Assembly (NCBI GenBank): GCA_016124735.1
Contig: WGMZ01000024.1
Location: 1 to 64,000 of the forward strand
DNA length: 64,000 nucleotides
Reading direction: 5' to 3'
Source of the DNA: Bacteroidota bacterium
GTDB taxonomy: Bacteria > Bacteroidota > Bacteroidia > UBA8524
Shown here one piece after another: positions 17,744 through 29,600 of this stretch. A model generated the notes under the pieces. The model was given only the letters and a program-made list of their open reading frames with translations, had not been told where the DNA came from and ran no database searches. The position numbers were made by a program, and so were the translations under genes. The first letter of the stretch is position 1; each line of letters begins with the position of its first letter.

Positions 17744-18239
17744 TAAGCTTCTCCGCTCTCTGTTTTTTTCTTAACGGTCGGCCATTGCATCTGGCCTCCC
17801 TAAAAAAAACATCACTCCAACACGCGGCCCGCATTTTGGCCAGCCCACCCGCACGAAGCTTATCAATTTCTTTCATACAGTGATGTTAGCTTAAGCTGGC
17901 GTCAGCAATAGGCGCCTGGCTTCCGTCCCGAATTTGTCGGGAGGGCACCCGCTGCCTGACGGAGCGTCTGTTTTCTTCGCTGTTTGAGCGAACGAAGTGA
18001 AGCGAGTTTGAAGAAAATAGCGGAGGAAGGCTTAGCGGGTCATTGAGGAAGCAAGCGCGATTTTTTTCTTCCTTTTTTTCTAAACAAAAGGAAATAGAAT
18101 AAAGGATAAATGGATGGTGAATACCTCCGCCAAAAGGCTCAGAGGGAAAAAAAGTTCCACCACAAAGACTGAAAGCCAAAATACTTTTTATCCTATTCTA
18201 ATCAGGCTTGATTAATAGAAGTAGGTGATGCCTTCCATA

Positions 18240-18572
18240 TTAGTCCGTCAAATAAATAAGTCGGATTCCCATTTGAAGAGCAAAGTAAGCAGCCAAACAG
18301 ATCATTGGAGAATAAGAAAGGATAATATGCCAATGAAGAATCCTTGCTTCTTTCCTTAGTAATCCAGAAAGAATAAACACAAAACGAAAGGACAAAAAAA
18401 GAAAGGAAATCATTATTAAGATGATCCCCGATACACCATATCCAAAATGTTCATCAAATAAGTCACTCGCATTGTAGTGAACGGAAAGATATAATAGATA
18501 GACGCCAACTACCTGCAAGAAGAATAAGTAAAAACTTATGAATGGGTGCAGTACAATTTCTTTGATATACAA
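18240..18572 (-). CDS. hypothetical 3-TM membrane protein
   Basis: 110 aa hydrophobic ORF. Confidence 0.35.
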   Translation of the reverse strand: MYIKEIVLHPFISFYLFFLQVVGVYLLYLSVHYNASDLFDEHFGYGVSGIILIMISFLFLSFRFVFILSGLLRKEARILHWHIILSYSPMICLAAYFALQMGIRLIYLTD

Positions 18573-18682
18573 TAAACTTTTTTAGCAAAAGCGAACATAA
18601 AAAGACCAATTTAGCAAGAAATCATGGAAATGCAGTTTAGATTATTGACCTCAAACCATGACCTGAAGGTTTATCAGAAAGC

Positions 18683-18946
18683 CTAACGGGGTTTATCAGG
18701 AGGATTTACGGCTTTCATGATTCGGCTTGAGAAGATAATCAGGAAAAAGATGCCGTTCCAGATGAACAGGAAATTGGTGAAATGGGTCATGTATGCAGTT
18801 CGGCAGGGCGGACAAGGAAATCCATCGAGACAGGGTTCGCAATGGATGGTGTAAGCGTCCCAGAAGTATTTGGCCAGGAGGATGAGATTTACGAATAGCC
18901 AGGTCCAGAAGTAGAACCTACGATTCAACAGACGTGCCGATTGCAT
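18683..18946 (-). CDS. hypothetical membrane protein with CxxC-rich segment
   Basis: 87 aa. HCEPCLDGFPCPPC flanked by two TM helices. Confidence 0.35.
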   Translation of the reverse strand: MQSARLLNRRFYFWTWLFVNLILLAKYFWDAYTIHCEPCLDGFPCPPCRTAYMTHFTNFLFIWNGIFFLIIFSSRIMKAVNPPDKPR

Positions 18947-19133
18947 GGCTCAAATTACATAATTCATCGTTCATTCCGACTGAATAGGGATAAGAATAAT
19001 ACCTGAAATTTTTCTTCTCGCATTTTTTGAGGCTCGGTGGCTTATTGCGAACGAATCGTATCAATAAAAAAGCCGGCTCCCCCTCGGAACCGGCCCTATG
19101 CAGGAAACTCGCTAAAACTTCAACTGCAGGATA

Positions 19134-20492
19134 CTAATGCTGAATACTCAGCTTCTTATTAATGACGGCGTCACCCAGTGCAATACGCACCAGGTAAGTA
19201 CCGGCATACAGTGTCTTTGTATCGATATAGGCGATAGTGCTTCCTTGCCATAACCAGGATTCATGCACCATTTTTCCGTTGATATCGAAAACCTCAATAT
19301 GGTAATTGCCTTGTTGCACCATGGGAACCTGAATGGCGGTTAAATCGCCGGCCGGGTTCGGATAGAGAACCACCTCATTTTCTAATAACGCATTGACAAC
19401 GGAAGTATTGCTTGGCTTATACTCGCTTACTTGTTCATTGATGCTATTGACCTTGCCTCCGCTTACAACTCCGTAATAGGTTGGTCCGACAGCATAAGGA
19501 TAAGCAGAATTCCAGTTTTCATCTACGGTACAGAAATAAGCATAGGTGCCGTTCGGGTATTCCGGGGTCACGCAAAAGCGGCCATTGTGAATATCCAAAT
19601 AGTCTTCTTGTCCGGAATGGACAATGAATTCATAATCTTCACGGAAGGTTCCGATCGGATAGGTGCTGTTTACATCCGGACCATCTGTTACATCTGTACC
19701 ATCGTAATACGTGGTGCGTTGGGTTATGTTTCGGAGCTGATAGCCCGATTTGATCCGAACAACTCCTCCGGAACCATCCGCATTTTTATAGCCATAGGCT
19801 CCGTAAATGGGGTAACCGTCGTAGGCGTAACCAATCAAAGGGGAATGCTTGGTTTCGTCGATAATATAAAGTCCGTCGGCCGCATAAAGGTCGCATACAT
19901 TCGACACGACAACTTTATCCAAGTTGAAAGCCGACGGATTTTGGTGATGGTGGTAATTGCCCTGGGCCGGGTGCCCTTTGGAGCAATCAAAGCCAATTCT
20001 TTCTGCAATCACCGCATCTCTGTTCCATACGCCATCGCCGGAGCCCATCAGCGGACCACCCGCTAATTTCTGGTTGGCATTGTCCCAGGATGCGCCGTCG
20101 CGGTAATCAAATAAAGCGACACCGTTAATAAAGTTCCCAATATTTCCGGGCTTGGTTTTGGTCGGTGTGCCCGTATTTTTTTCCGGATTCAAAGGGAAGC
20201 GGAAAATGGCATTTTGGTTGGTGGTTACCGATGGGTTTTTGTCCAGAAAAGGTCCTGTTGGATAGGCAGGCACTCCGGTAGCCGAAATGTAGACCCAGTT
20301 GGTGGAATATTGAACTTTTTGCACATTGGCATCGTCGTTCATGGTTTGTGGAGTGGAATTCCCCTTGGTATAATAACGTCCTTTAATTCCGCTGGTATTA
20401 ATAATCCAATTGGTAATGGCCGGGTTGGATTGAGCGAGAATTTCGCTGCTTCCCAGAACTAAAATAAAGGTAAGATACAGAAGCTTTTTCAT
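19134..20492 (-). CDS. secreted T9SS cargo protein with YHYH-like domain
   Basis: 452 aa. Signal peptide. C-terminal T9SS sorting domain (VVLYPNPAGD...YLVRI). Central region with GNYHHHQNP and Gly/Tyr-rich motifs reminiscent of the YHYH family. Confidence 0.6.
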   Translation of the reverse strand: MKKLLYLTFILVLGSSEILAQSNPAITNWIINTSGIKGRYYTKGNSTPQTMNDDANVQKVQYSTNWVYISATGVPAYPTGPFLDKNPSVTTNQNAIFRFPLNPEKNTGTPTKTKPGNIGNFINGVALFDYRDGASWDNANQKLAGGPLMGSGDGVWNRDAVIAERIGFDCSKGHPAQGNYHHHQNPSAFNLDKVVVSNVCDLYAADGLYIIDETKHSPLIGYAYDGYPIYGAYGYKNADGSGGVVRIKSGYQLRNITQRTTYYDGTDVTDGPDVNSTYPIGTFREDYEFIVHSGQEDYLDIHNGRFCVTPEYPNGTYAYFCTVDENWNSAYPYAVGPTYYGVVSGGKVNSINEQVSEYKPSNTSVVNALLENEVVLYPNPAGDLTAIQVPMVQQGNYHIEVFDINGKMVHESWLWQGSTIAYIDTKTLYAGTYLVRIALGDAVINKKLSIQH

Positions 20493-20664
20493 GAGGATGT
20501 TTTGTGGGTTAGACGATGGGTTTTTACCTTTCCCTCGTTTGAAAGGAAAAAAAGCAAGCGCTCGAACAGAAAAGAACTAAAGTAAGATTTTCCCTTTCGC
20601 TTGTTTCGTTGAATGAGCGAAGCGAATTTGTAAGCTTCGCTTATACTGACGAAGTCAGAGGTAC

Positions 20665-21657
20665 TTAATTTCTCGGTGCCGCATGCTCCGGCTTGAATAC
20701 AAATGCTTCGTCGCTCAAGGTGAGCAGGAAAGCTACCAGCTCAGTTCGTTCATTGGAACTGAGATGGATTCCGTTTTTTAAAACAGGAGCAAGTGTGGTG
20801 GAGAAAGCAATTCCGAATTGATAATGATCCAAAACCTGGTAAAGGGAAGTGAATCGTCCGTCGTGCATATAGGGAAAAGTATATTTCAGATTACGCAGAC
20901 TTGGGATTTTAAATAAAAAGGAATCTTTTGGATTTAGGGTGAGGGAATAGCGACCTAAATCGTTCAGTGCCGTATCTGCCGGCAATCCGTTGTTGGCAAA
21001 TGCATAGGTGCTGAAGAGCGGTTCTGTATGGCAGGAGTTACACCGGGTTTTGAAAATTTCATAGCCCTTCCTCTCCATCTCATTGAATTCAGCTTTTCCG
21101 GCCATTACCTGGTCGTATTTGCTATTGGCAGAGATGAGGGTCAGTTGAAATTCCGAAAGTGCCTCCAGCAAATGGGCTTCGTTGATGGCGTCCACTCTAA
21201 ACGCTTTAGCAAATAATTCCCGGTAATGGTCAGATCTTTTTAATTTTCGGATGATGAAGTCCATGTCTCCATCCATCTCGATCGGATTTAAAATTGGCTG
21301 CGTATTTTGTTCCTGAAGGGAATTGGCAATGCCATCCCACATAAAATGCGACTGCCAGGCCAGATTAAAAAGGGCTGGTGCGTTGCGTGTTCCGATTTGG
21401 TTGTCGATGCCATGACTTAAGGCATGGTCAATATGGGTGAAAGAGCTGTATGGGGAATGGCAACTTTCGCAGGAAACACTGCTGTCGCGGGAAAGAATGG
21501 GGTCGTAAAAGAGGAAGCGTCCCAGTGCAATCTTTTGTGAATCCAGGGAAAGGGAAACCCTGGGTTCGGGCCAATAGTCGGGAAACAAAGAGTCCCTTCG
21601 TAGATTGAATGCACAAAGCAACACCAGCAGGAAGAAAGAAACCGCGGCTTTTTTCAT
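20665..21657 (-). CDS. di-heme cytochrome c peroxidase (CCP/MauG/MbnH family)
   Basis: 330 aa. Signal peptide. Two CxxCH heme motifs (CESCH, CNSCH). Conserved MWDG and Tyr/Met distal residues. Confidence 0.85.
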   Translation of the reverse strand: MKKAAVSFFLLVLLCAFNLRRDSLFPDYWPEPRVSLSLDSQKIALGRFLFYDPILSRDSSVSCESCHSPYSSFTHIDHALSHGIDNQIGTRNAPALFNLAWQSHFMWDGIANSLQEQNTQPILNPIEMDGDMDFIIRKLKRSDHYRELFAKAFRVDAINEAHLLEALSEFQLTLISANSKYDQVMAGKAEFNEMERKGYEIFKTRCNSCHTEPLFSTYAFANNGLPADTALNDLGRYSLTLNPKDSFLFKIPSLRNLKYTFPYMHDGRFTSLYQVLDHYQFGIAFSTTLAPVLKNGIHLSSNERTELVAFLLTLSDEAFVFKPEHAAPRN

Positions 21658-22328
21658 TCAGAATAAAGTTCGGCATTTTCAGCGAGCAATTGCATTAATC
21701 GGGCAGACTCCCTTCCGGGCGACATAATAAAGGGGTCATCCGGAAATTGCTGAAACAAGGCGTCGAGATGGAGGCGAAGCTCGTAGCGATGTTTGTTTTT
21801 GTCCATCGCAAAATGCAGGGATTGAACAGATGAATAGGGGCCCTGGTATCCTCCCAAATGCAATTCGAATTTTTTCTGTTTGTACTGTCCCTCCATCTTC
21901 AAATGGACATAGCCGGTATGCCAGGTCCAGTACATGCCTTTGATCGGATCCAGATCGCCTTTTAAAAAAAACATTTGGTTGGAAATGGTCTGACTATCCA
22001 CACCGAGTATTAATTCAAGCGAATCCGGGTAGTCCAGGTGCATGTTTTCGTCCTCGTATTCGAGTATATTTTTCTCCGATAAATCAAGAAGTTGGGGTGC
22101 CGCAATTGGAGCCAATTCCTTGTCGAATTTTTTAAAGAGCAATACGTTACTGATATAGAGTTTAAAGGTCGTCAGATGCAGGCTTTGGTTGGCTTGAACG
22201 CTTTTCAGGCTGAGGGGTTCTCCGCCTAAATAGGGGATTACCTTCAGTTCAGTTTTATAAATCGTGGGTTGAGCTTGCCAGGAAAAGCAAAGCATACTTA
22301 TCAAAAGCCATTTCCAAGCTTTGCTCAT
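21654..22328 (-). CDS. secreted protein partnered with the di-heme peroxidase (MbnP-like candidate)
   Basis: About 224 aa from the internal Met (MSKAWKWLLISMLCFSWQAQP signal). 4-nt ATGA overlaps on both sides. Trp/His-rich. Assignment to MbnP is by context and size only. Confidence 0.4.
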   Translation of the reverse strand: MSKAWKWLLISMLCFSWQAQPTIYKTELKVIPYLGGEPLSLKSVQANQSLHLTTFKLYISNVLLFKKFDKELAPIAAPQLLDLSEKNILEYEDENMHLDYPDSLELILGVDSQTISNQMFFLKGDLDPIKGMYWTWHTGYVHLKMEGQYKQKKFELHLGGYQGPYSSVQSLHFAMDKNKHRYELRLHLDALFQQFPDDPFIMSPGRESARLMQLLAENAELYSE

Positions 22329-22789
22329 GGTCTTCTTCTCCTTCCCGGATTTGGTGGCCCGGGAGAAAATAATCGGGACAATTCGTGTGTCAGTTTGTTG
22401 AAGGCTTGCATCTGTTCCGGTTTGCACAGTTTTTTGATCTCCTGAAAATGACGGTAATTTACCCGTTCAATTTCGGAGAAGTCATATCCAATTCGATGGG
22501 TCAATGAATCGAATGTTTGAGGGGCAATTTCGTCGCTTAAGTGAGCAAACAATTCATTCTTCAGACGACCGATGTCTTCTTGCAGCCTTCGCACCTCTTT
22601 GCGGTGGATTTCAATCAGATCGTCGTAGGCGGCAATCTGTTCTGCATCGAAATGCAGTTTTTCGATGATTAATTCCTTTGGTCCCTCATGGAGCATGCGC
22701 GAAGCCGGGTGAAACACCATGTAAAGGAGCAGCCCATTCCCAATCAGGAGCAAAGAGATAATACTGATGACAAATGTTTTCCTTTTCAT
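22325..22789 (-). CDS. hypothetical periplasmic protein (Spy/CpxP-like helical stress protein candidate)
   Basis: 154 aa. N-terminal TM/signal. Helical region with LTH-type repeats and a Pro/Arg tail. Encoded between the anti-sigma and MbnP-like genes. Confidence 0.4.
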   Translation of the reverse strand: MKRKTFVISIISLLLIGNGLLLYMVFHPASRMLHEGPKELIIEKLHFDAEQIAAYDDLIEIHRKEVRRLQEDIGRLKNELFAHLSDEIAPQTFDSLTHRIGYDFSEIERVNYRHFQEIKKLCKPEQMQAFNKLTHELSRLFSPGPPNPGRRRRP

Positions 22790-23073
22790 TGGTACAGGGA
22801 ATTGCTTGAATTCAGATGCATGGTGGAAATTATTTGCTCTGCATCTGAGTGTTGCTGGCTGCGTAAAGCGATAATGTTGACGGCAAGCAAAATCAATACT
22901 CCCGCAATTGCCGACCAGGCAATGGCCGGACGCACATATTCCATCTTCTCTTCCAACCTCGCTTTAATCCGGGTAAGGAGGAAAGGAGGGACCTCGCTCT
23001 TTGGAAGCTGACCCAGTGCATTCAACTGTATTTCCAGGGGACTCATTTCTGTTATGTTAGACGCCTTCTTCAT
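22786..23073 (-). CDS. putative anti-sigma factor (single-pass membrane protein)
   Basis: 95 aa. One TM helix (AIAWSAIAGVLILLAVNIIAL). Immediately downstream of the ECF sigma factor with a 4-nt overlap. Confidence 0.5.
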   Translation of the reverse strand: MKKASNITEMSPLEIQLNALGQLPKSEVPPFLLTRIKARLEEKMEYVRPAIAWSAIAGVLILLAVNIIALRSQQHSDAEQIISTMHLNSSNSLYQ

Positions 23074-23591
23074 CTTAATCCTTCGTTTTGAGTGAGTTTA
23101 TTTGCAAGATTTGCTTTTGCCCTTTGCAGCAGTGACTCCACCGCTTTTGGACTGGTGTTCAAAATCCTGGCAATTTCTTTTTGTGATTTCCCTTCCATCT
23201 TGGAAAGGAGTAAAGCGCTTTTTTGTTTTTCCGGTAGCGCTTGAATGTGGCGATAGATACGTGCCAATTCTTCTTTACCTTCCAGCAATAATCCGGGATG
23301 GTTTATAGATTGCTCCGGCAAAATCTCTCCATCTAATTCAAAGAGAGAAGAAAAAATTCCCCAGCGCCTTTTGCGTTTTTTCGCACGGTGGTAATCCAAA
23401 CAGGTATTGAGCGCAATCTTGTAAATCCAGGTACCTGTCTGCGCCTCTTCTCTGAATTTTTCCATTGAGCGGTACACTTTTACAAATACATCCTGGGTGA
23501 TTTCCTCTGCATCTTCCCGGTTTCCTGTTTGGTTCAGCGCCAGGTTATACACCATGGAAGCATGTTCCTTATAGAGTTGCTCGAGGTTCAC
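23070..23591 (-). CDS. ECF-subfamily RNA polymerase sigma-70 factor
   Basis: 173 aa. Region 2 (DAEEITQDVFVKVYRSMEKF) and region 4 HTH (SQKEIARILNTSPKAVESLLQRA). Confidence 0.85.
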   Translation of the reverse strand: MNLEQLYKEHASMVYNLALNQTGNREDAEEITQDVFVKVYRSMEKFREEAQTGTWIYKIALNTCLDYHRAKKRKRRWGIFSSLFELDGEILPEQSINHPGLLLEGKEELARIYRHIQALPEKQKSALLLSKMEGKSQKEIARILNTSPKAVESLLQRAKANLANKLTQNEGLR

Positions 23592-23619
23592 AGGACGAAT
23601 ATAGGAATAGGCCGCTATT

Positions 23620-26600
23620 TCATTTAACCACTACCATTTTCCTCGCTTCCCTTCCATAAATCTCCGGAACATACATATTCTCCATCTGCGCCGGCATCAA
23701 AGTCAGCGTTCCATCAAATTGAGGCAATAACTGAAAGTCGAAAGTATAGCTGCCCCGGGGCAATGCTTCAAAATAGATGACGATATGATCGGCGAAATAC
23801 TCGCGTCCGGTTTCTCGTCCATAACCTGCTGGTTTACTCACAATTTGAAAGCCGGAAGGGATAGGCACATTCATCACCAGGTATTTCTGGTATTCGCTCA
23901 CCTTTACTTTTACCCGCAGATTAGCGAGATTACCTGCCTGAACCTCCAACACCTCATTGGTATCACGAGAAAAGGATGTCCACACCTCGATACCCTGACT
24001 AATTGAGGTATTGCCTTCGCTTTCTATTTCTTCGATGGCAATGACACTGATATCGGCACCTTGATTTTCAATCTCGATTTCTGAACCTTCTATAGCAATC
24101 TCTCCGGAGCTTTGAATCAATTTACCATTTACCTTTACGGCAATTAGGGATCCGTTTTCTGCCAAAACTTCCTCCATCAGGGCATTTATAATCGCAGCGC
24201 GTTCGAAGGTATTGCGGCTCACATAGCCAAGTTTGTCGAATACAAAGAGACGCATGGCCTTCCTTTCTTTTTCATATCCTCCGGCTTTCTTCAGGATGGA
24301 ATAGGTCTGCATGGTCAGGCTCATGGTCGCAGCATTGAATCCCCAGCGACTGTTTCCATCCACATAGCCATGGCCTTTATTTGTGTATTTGATGGATTGC
24401 AATAAGGGCTTCACATCTACATCGAGGGCCAATTCTTGTTTCAATTGGATGAGATTGAGCTGTGCTTCCAGACTCAGGTTGAGTGTGTCCATTTGCGCAA
24501 TAAAGCCGGGATAATCCAAACGAAGCTTCACCTGATGGGCCTCCATCATCGTAAGAATACGGTCGCTATATTCCAATTGTTGAAGCTTGTTGATCAAAGC
24601 GCCAACGGCACTTCTGGCTGCTTTATTGGAATAGCCGTTTTGGTCGGCCAGCAGCAGGGCTTTGGCCACATACAATGTCATGGGAGTCTGACTGTTGCTG
24701 CCTTGGTACCAACCCCAACCGCCATCTTTGTTCTGGGCCTTTTCGAGGCGATGAATCATCTTCTCAATTTCTTTATCCGTAGTTGGTGTTTCGCCAATGA
24801 GCTGCAAGAACTTCGTTTGCCATACCAGCGCGATGAGTTTTGAAGCCGTTTGCTCGTTGCAACCGTAATGGTAGGCATTCAGGCGGTTAATTTCTTCCAT
24901 CACCAGATCGCGGATACCGCTTTCCAAACGCAGGCTTTTCTTTCTGGCGGAACTGTCGAAATAAAGGGTGGTGATTTGACCTTTATCCAATATACGGGTC
25001 TGTACTTTCCGGTCGTAAATCAGATTGGAATGAACCGGAACCGGACGCATTTCGCCATCGATATAATTTCCGTATTGAAGCGAATAATGGAGCTTCAAAC
25101 TATCCATGCCACTTTTCACCTGCAGCCATTCCTGATCACGGAAGTACTTTTTCACAGTGAGTGAATCCGAGCTCTCGCCATTTCCCAGGTCCTTTTGAAT
25201 TTTCACGGAAGTGCTGTCGCCGGTCAGGTCGCGCACATTAGCAGAAACCTCGATGCGGTCGCCAACTGTTACAAATTCCGGTACACGCAGACTTACCGAC
25301 AAAGGTTTGTAGGAACGGGTATAAGAAGTGTTAAGTACCGTTTGGCGCTTGCGGTTAATCGCCACCAAATAGTTAACCCATTTCGTTTGATCGTCAGGAA
25401 GTGTGAAGGTAAAAGCCGTTTTCCCTTCTTTGTTGGTGATGAGATTCGGTACCCAAAAACCATTGCTACGGAAGTCTTCCCGTATTTTATTGGCATTGGG
25501 GTCATTGCTCATTTCATCCATACGGTCTTTTTCGTGGATGGCACTTTCGATGGTTCTTAGTCCTTTATCTTTACTTTTTTGTTTCACATTCACACTAAAA
25601 ACTCCACTAGCCATATTGGAAATTCTATTCACAGATCTACCAGACATCATTGAGATTGACTCTTCTACCATCATTGCGTTATCATCTTCTCTGATAACTG
25701 GATTTTTGTATAGTTTCTTTTGAACATCTCCAAAGTTGTACATATACGTATAGAGAGAGTTCTCCTGGCTATTATTTAAAACGGCGTTTAGAACCAGAGA
25801 TTTATTATTCCTAAGCTCAACCTTTTCATAGGAACTAATTTGATATCCCAAACCTTTAAATTCAACCTGGTAAATCCCCTTTTGTAAACAGCAGATGGAG
25901 TAATTCCCCTCATTATCGCTAATTGCCCCACCCACAACGATGCCATCGAGCAATACCTGAATCCGCACTCCGGCAACAGCTTTTGCATGTTCTTTACTTG
26001 TTATGGTACCCTGAAGATTGGCAAAGGGCTTGTCCAAGGGCAAATAATGCGCCTGGCGCTTGTCCCATTTTCGGTAATCAATAAGTGCGCTAACCTTGTT
26101 TAAGAACGAGGTATCGGTAACACAATCAATTTGGAGGCTTAGCAATTTTTCCGGATTGATGCGCACTTCTTTGGCAAAGAAAACCTGGCGAGTAGAACTA
26201 ATAACCTGTACCCAATAGGACCCGGGTTCCATGTCGTAATGGTCAAAGTAACCCTGATTGTTCGCGACTGACAGATAGCGGGTCTTGCCATTCTGGTGGA
26301 TGAAAACCACATAGGCATAAGGACCGGGATTTAAATCGATTTGAACTTGTCCATTAACGGAACCTTTTTTCAGTGAGGAATTGTTTTCCTTTTCGAGAAT
26401 ATAAGCGTCGTAAAGTGGCACAGTTTTCTTTCCATACCGGATCAGGGTCTGGTAGTAATTGTATTTGAGCTGGCCCCAATTATTTACCTGTAGGGGCTTA
26501 GCCAATTTATCCAGCCGGATAAATGTGCGATGCAAACTATCGATAAATAATGAGTCAATCTGAAGCATCTCATCTTCGTAGGATCCGGTTATCAAGGTGT

Positions 26601-29600
26601 ACCATCCGGCTTTTAACTGCGTTAAATTTTGAAGGTATCGATTGTTGTAAAAGGAATAGGCTGGGTTTTCGAGGTTGATCATCCAACAGAAATTGGGCAC
26701 AACCGGAAAAGAGGTGTCATATTGCAAGTTGAGCAAGGCCGTTCCGCCTCCGCCGTAATAATTCTCGAAACCTGGTACTCTGCTGGTTTGAACCGGTCTT
26801 TCTGCGACTTTGATGTTCTTATTGGCTTGCTCGATACTGTCCATCAGATGGAATTGCCAGTAAATTTCCCTGGCGCCGAGCGCGTCATTGGAATCCAAAT
26901 AGCCCAAACGATTATTGGCGCTGTTCTGAAGCGAAAGCCGGGTTTTGGGGTATTGCGACACTTTCCCACTGTCAATATGGTAGATTTGATTCGGGTCGAA
27001 ATAAAAGCTGATGCTCGTATCCCGATTAATAAATGTTGCCATTCCTTCAGTTAAAGGTCCCACTACCTGATAATTGTACCAGATACTGTTGGTATAAGCG
27101 CCAAACCCATTTTGCCCGATGCTGTAATAATTGGAGTCTTGTTGGATATACCCGGGCGTGCGCATATCGTGCAGGGAGAGGAACAGCATATATTTTTCAA
27201 TCTTTTCCAATTCGGGTTCTTCGTAATATGCTTTTACCTCCCGGTATCGGATGGAAGAAGTACTGACCATTTGTGCCGTATTGATTCCAATCAAATTGTG
27301 ATGTCCGCCTTCAAACCTCACAGAGTCGAGATCGATGGTGTATTTCTCGGTCCGGATGAAAAGATGATGCAGTCCTGGGCGTACAACAAGAACGGGTCTT
27401 TGCTGCATGTAATTGACCAAAATATACCGAAGGGTATCATCTACCCACACTTCCTGTGGCCATTCTGTATTATCGTTTTCTTGCACCGCCACCTGGAGGT
27501 AGCACTGTCCGTCTTTGCTTGGAAAAGCCTCCTGATCCATTCCTTTTGGATTGTAGTAGGCCCGGTAGTTAAGGAATCGATCTAGGTGATAGTCACGATA
27601 GGCTTTTTCACTATTCGCTTGTCCGCTATGTCCTGGAAAGCTTTCATTGGGTCCCGAAATAACATAGAGAGAAATTGGTTTCGTGTGGACTTTTGGAAAA
27701 ACAGGAATATTCGGTGGATAGATAACCGGCATTTGCATGTTGATGCTGGTCCCGGTGATATTGGCATGTTTCACCGGTTTGTCAAAAAAGTCGAATACCT
27801 GCACCTCGGCACTGATTTTTTGTCCGGGGTATGCCAGTTCAGGCAAAGTATGCACGATACGTAGTGTCTGCGTTTGGGGAAGGATGGAAGTTTGGAAGAA
27901 GTACATCGCCGATCCGTTTAAATAGCGATAAAGCACTTGCACCGGATCATCTCCTTTAAGCAGCATGGCCAGGGTGTCGGAATCTCCAAATTGAACCCGT
28001 TTGCCCCGGTAATAGATTTCCCAGTTCAGATGATAATGCTCTCCATTGACCACAAAGAGGTAGAGCGAATCTTTGGTTTTCTTACCAGAAACCGAAATCG
28101 GGAAATCATTGCCCGTCACGCGAATAATATTCCGGTTGTTTTTATCGGTCACTGTTATGGCCGAATAGCGGGAAAAATCTTCGATGACATAGGGTAGCCG
28201 AGTCGCAATAATTTGGTTCTCTGAAAAATAGCGATCGATCAGATGGATGTTCACCGAATCGGAAACCGTATCCCGGTCGTTGATGTGGTAATACAAGCGT
28301 ACCGATTTATCGTCTTCGGTATACCCATAGTCCTCTTTCCAGTTCGTTCCACTGCAATAAAGATTGAATTCCTGGTAGTCGTTGTTGGGCATGGTGATTT
28401 TTACCCGCGTCCGGATTCCATGATCGATGGAAGCGAGTAATGCGTCCGGAATTCGAAGCCAGGTTTCTTTTTCCGGTTCCAAATAGACTACCGTATCCAG
28501 ATAGTGACGAAATGCCGAATCGGGAATACTCAGGTAGGGTGTATACAATTTGCCCGGACTTTCCAGATTGAAGCGGATTTCCGCCTTTGAGCCGGCGATG
28601 GGAATTTCGTTTCGATCGACCGCCGAGAGAATCAGAAAGGCGCTGTCGCCAGGAAGAAAATACGATTTGCTTAATCTGGCAGAAAGCGTAAAGTTCCTGA
28701 AAGTGTAATGCGTCACCTTGAAGTTGATGGTTTTTTGGATCATTTTGTTATGCACTGCATAGAGTGATAAATTATAGAACTCATCCAAGTGCAGACTATC
28801 GGGCACTTTCCAGTCGAAGCCAAAAGATCCGGGACTGTATTGGGTGGCGGGTAAATCCAGATGGTATCGGTTTCGCCCCTGGTTTAAGTCGATGCTCACC
28901 CGCACTGCCTTTTTGTAGGGTCTTCCTTTTTTATCCATCAAAAAGGCTTTAACATGCAAGGAATCGTTGTGCCGAAATTCGCTTTGGTTTAGCAGGATAA
29001 AACCAGGTTCGAAAGATGGCTTTGTCCGGTTTCTTCTGCCCTTCCTTTTTTCTTTCGGTTTCTTCGGACTCCGCGCATGAGGGGCAGAGGCAAAATCATT
29101 GCTTTTCAAGATGAAGAAGCCTCCGGAGTAATGAAGAATCATGGGTTCCTTTGGCAGACGCTTCCTGGTCCACTCGACGCAATGGCAATACGGCAATGCG
29201 GCGATTTTTTTATTGGCTATTTCGAGGGTGAAATCTTTCTCAAAGCCACTGGAATCGTAAATATAAACCTGCCAAACATCGTCGGTCTTATAGGCCGATA
29301 CCATAACGTCAGAAACATGCACCGCGGTAAATGAAAGATTGTTTTTCTCGTATTTGACAACGAGATAATAGCCAAACTTGCGCTGCTTTAGAAGGTATTG
29401 GTAAGCGTTCTGATTTTTTGCGATACTATCGAATGGGGCCCGGTCAAACAAGGTGCTATGTTTGAAATCATTCTCACGGAGCGCGACCACTTCCTTTTCA
29501 GAAAGTTGATAGATATAATCAAAAGTGGGTAGGGGAGCATTGAGCTGAGCCTCTGTGCAAAGGGAAATCAGCATGCTTAGGATAAAAAGTAATTTTTTCA

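Noticed and set aside
17886-18179. 97-aa minus-strand ORF
   Set aside because: Low-complexity Ser/Pro/Arg-rich translation in a hairpin-rich non-coding stretch.
21654-22427. Long N-terminal extension of the MbnP-like ORF (start at 22427)
   Set aside because: The extension overlaps the upstream gene by about 100 nt. The internal Met gives a clean signal peptide and a 4-nt ATGA coupling instead.
24436-29334. Numerous plus-strand ORFs of 60-157 aa inside the A2M gene
   Set aside because: All are antisense shadows of a 6-kb coding region.
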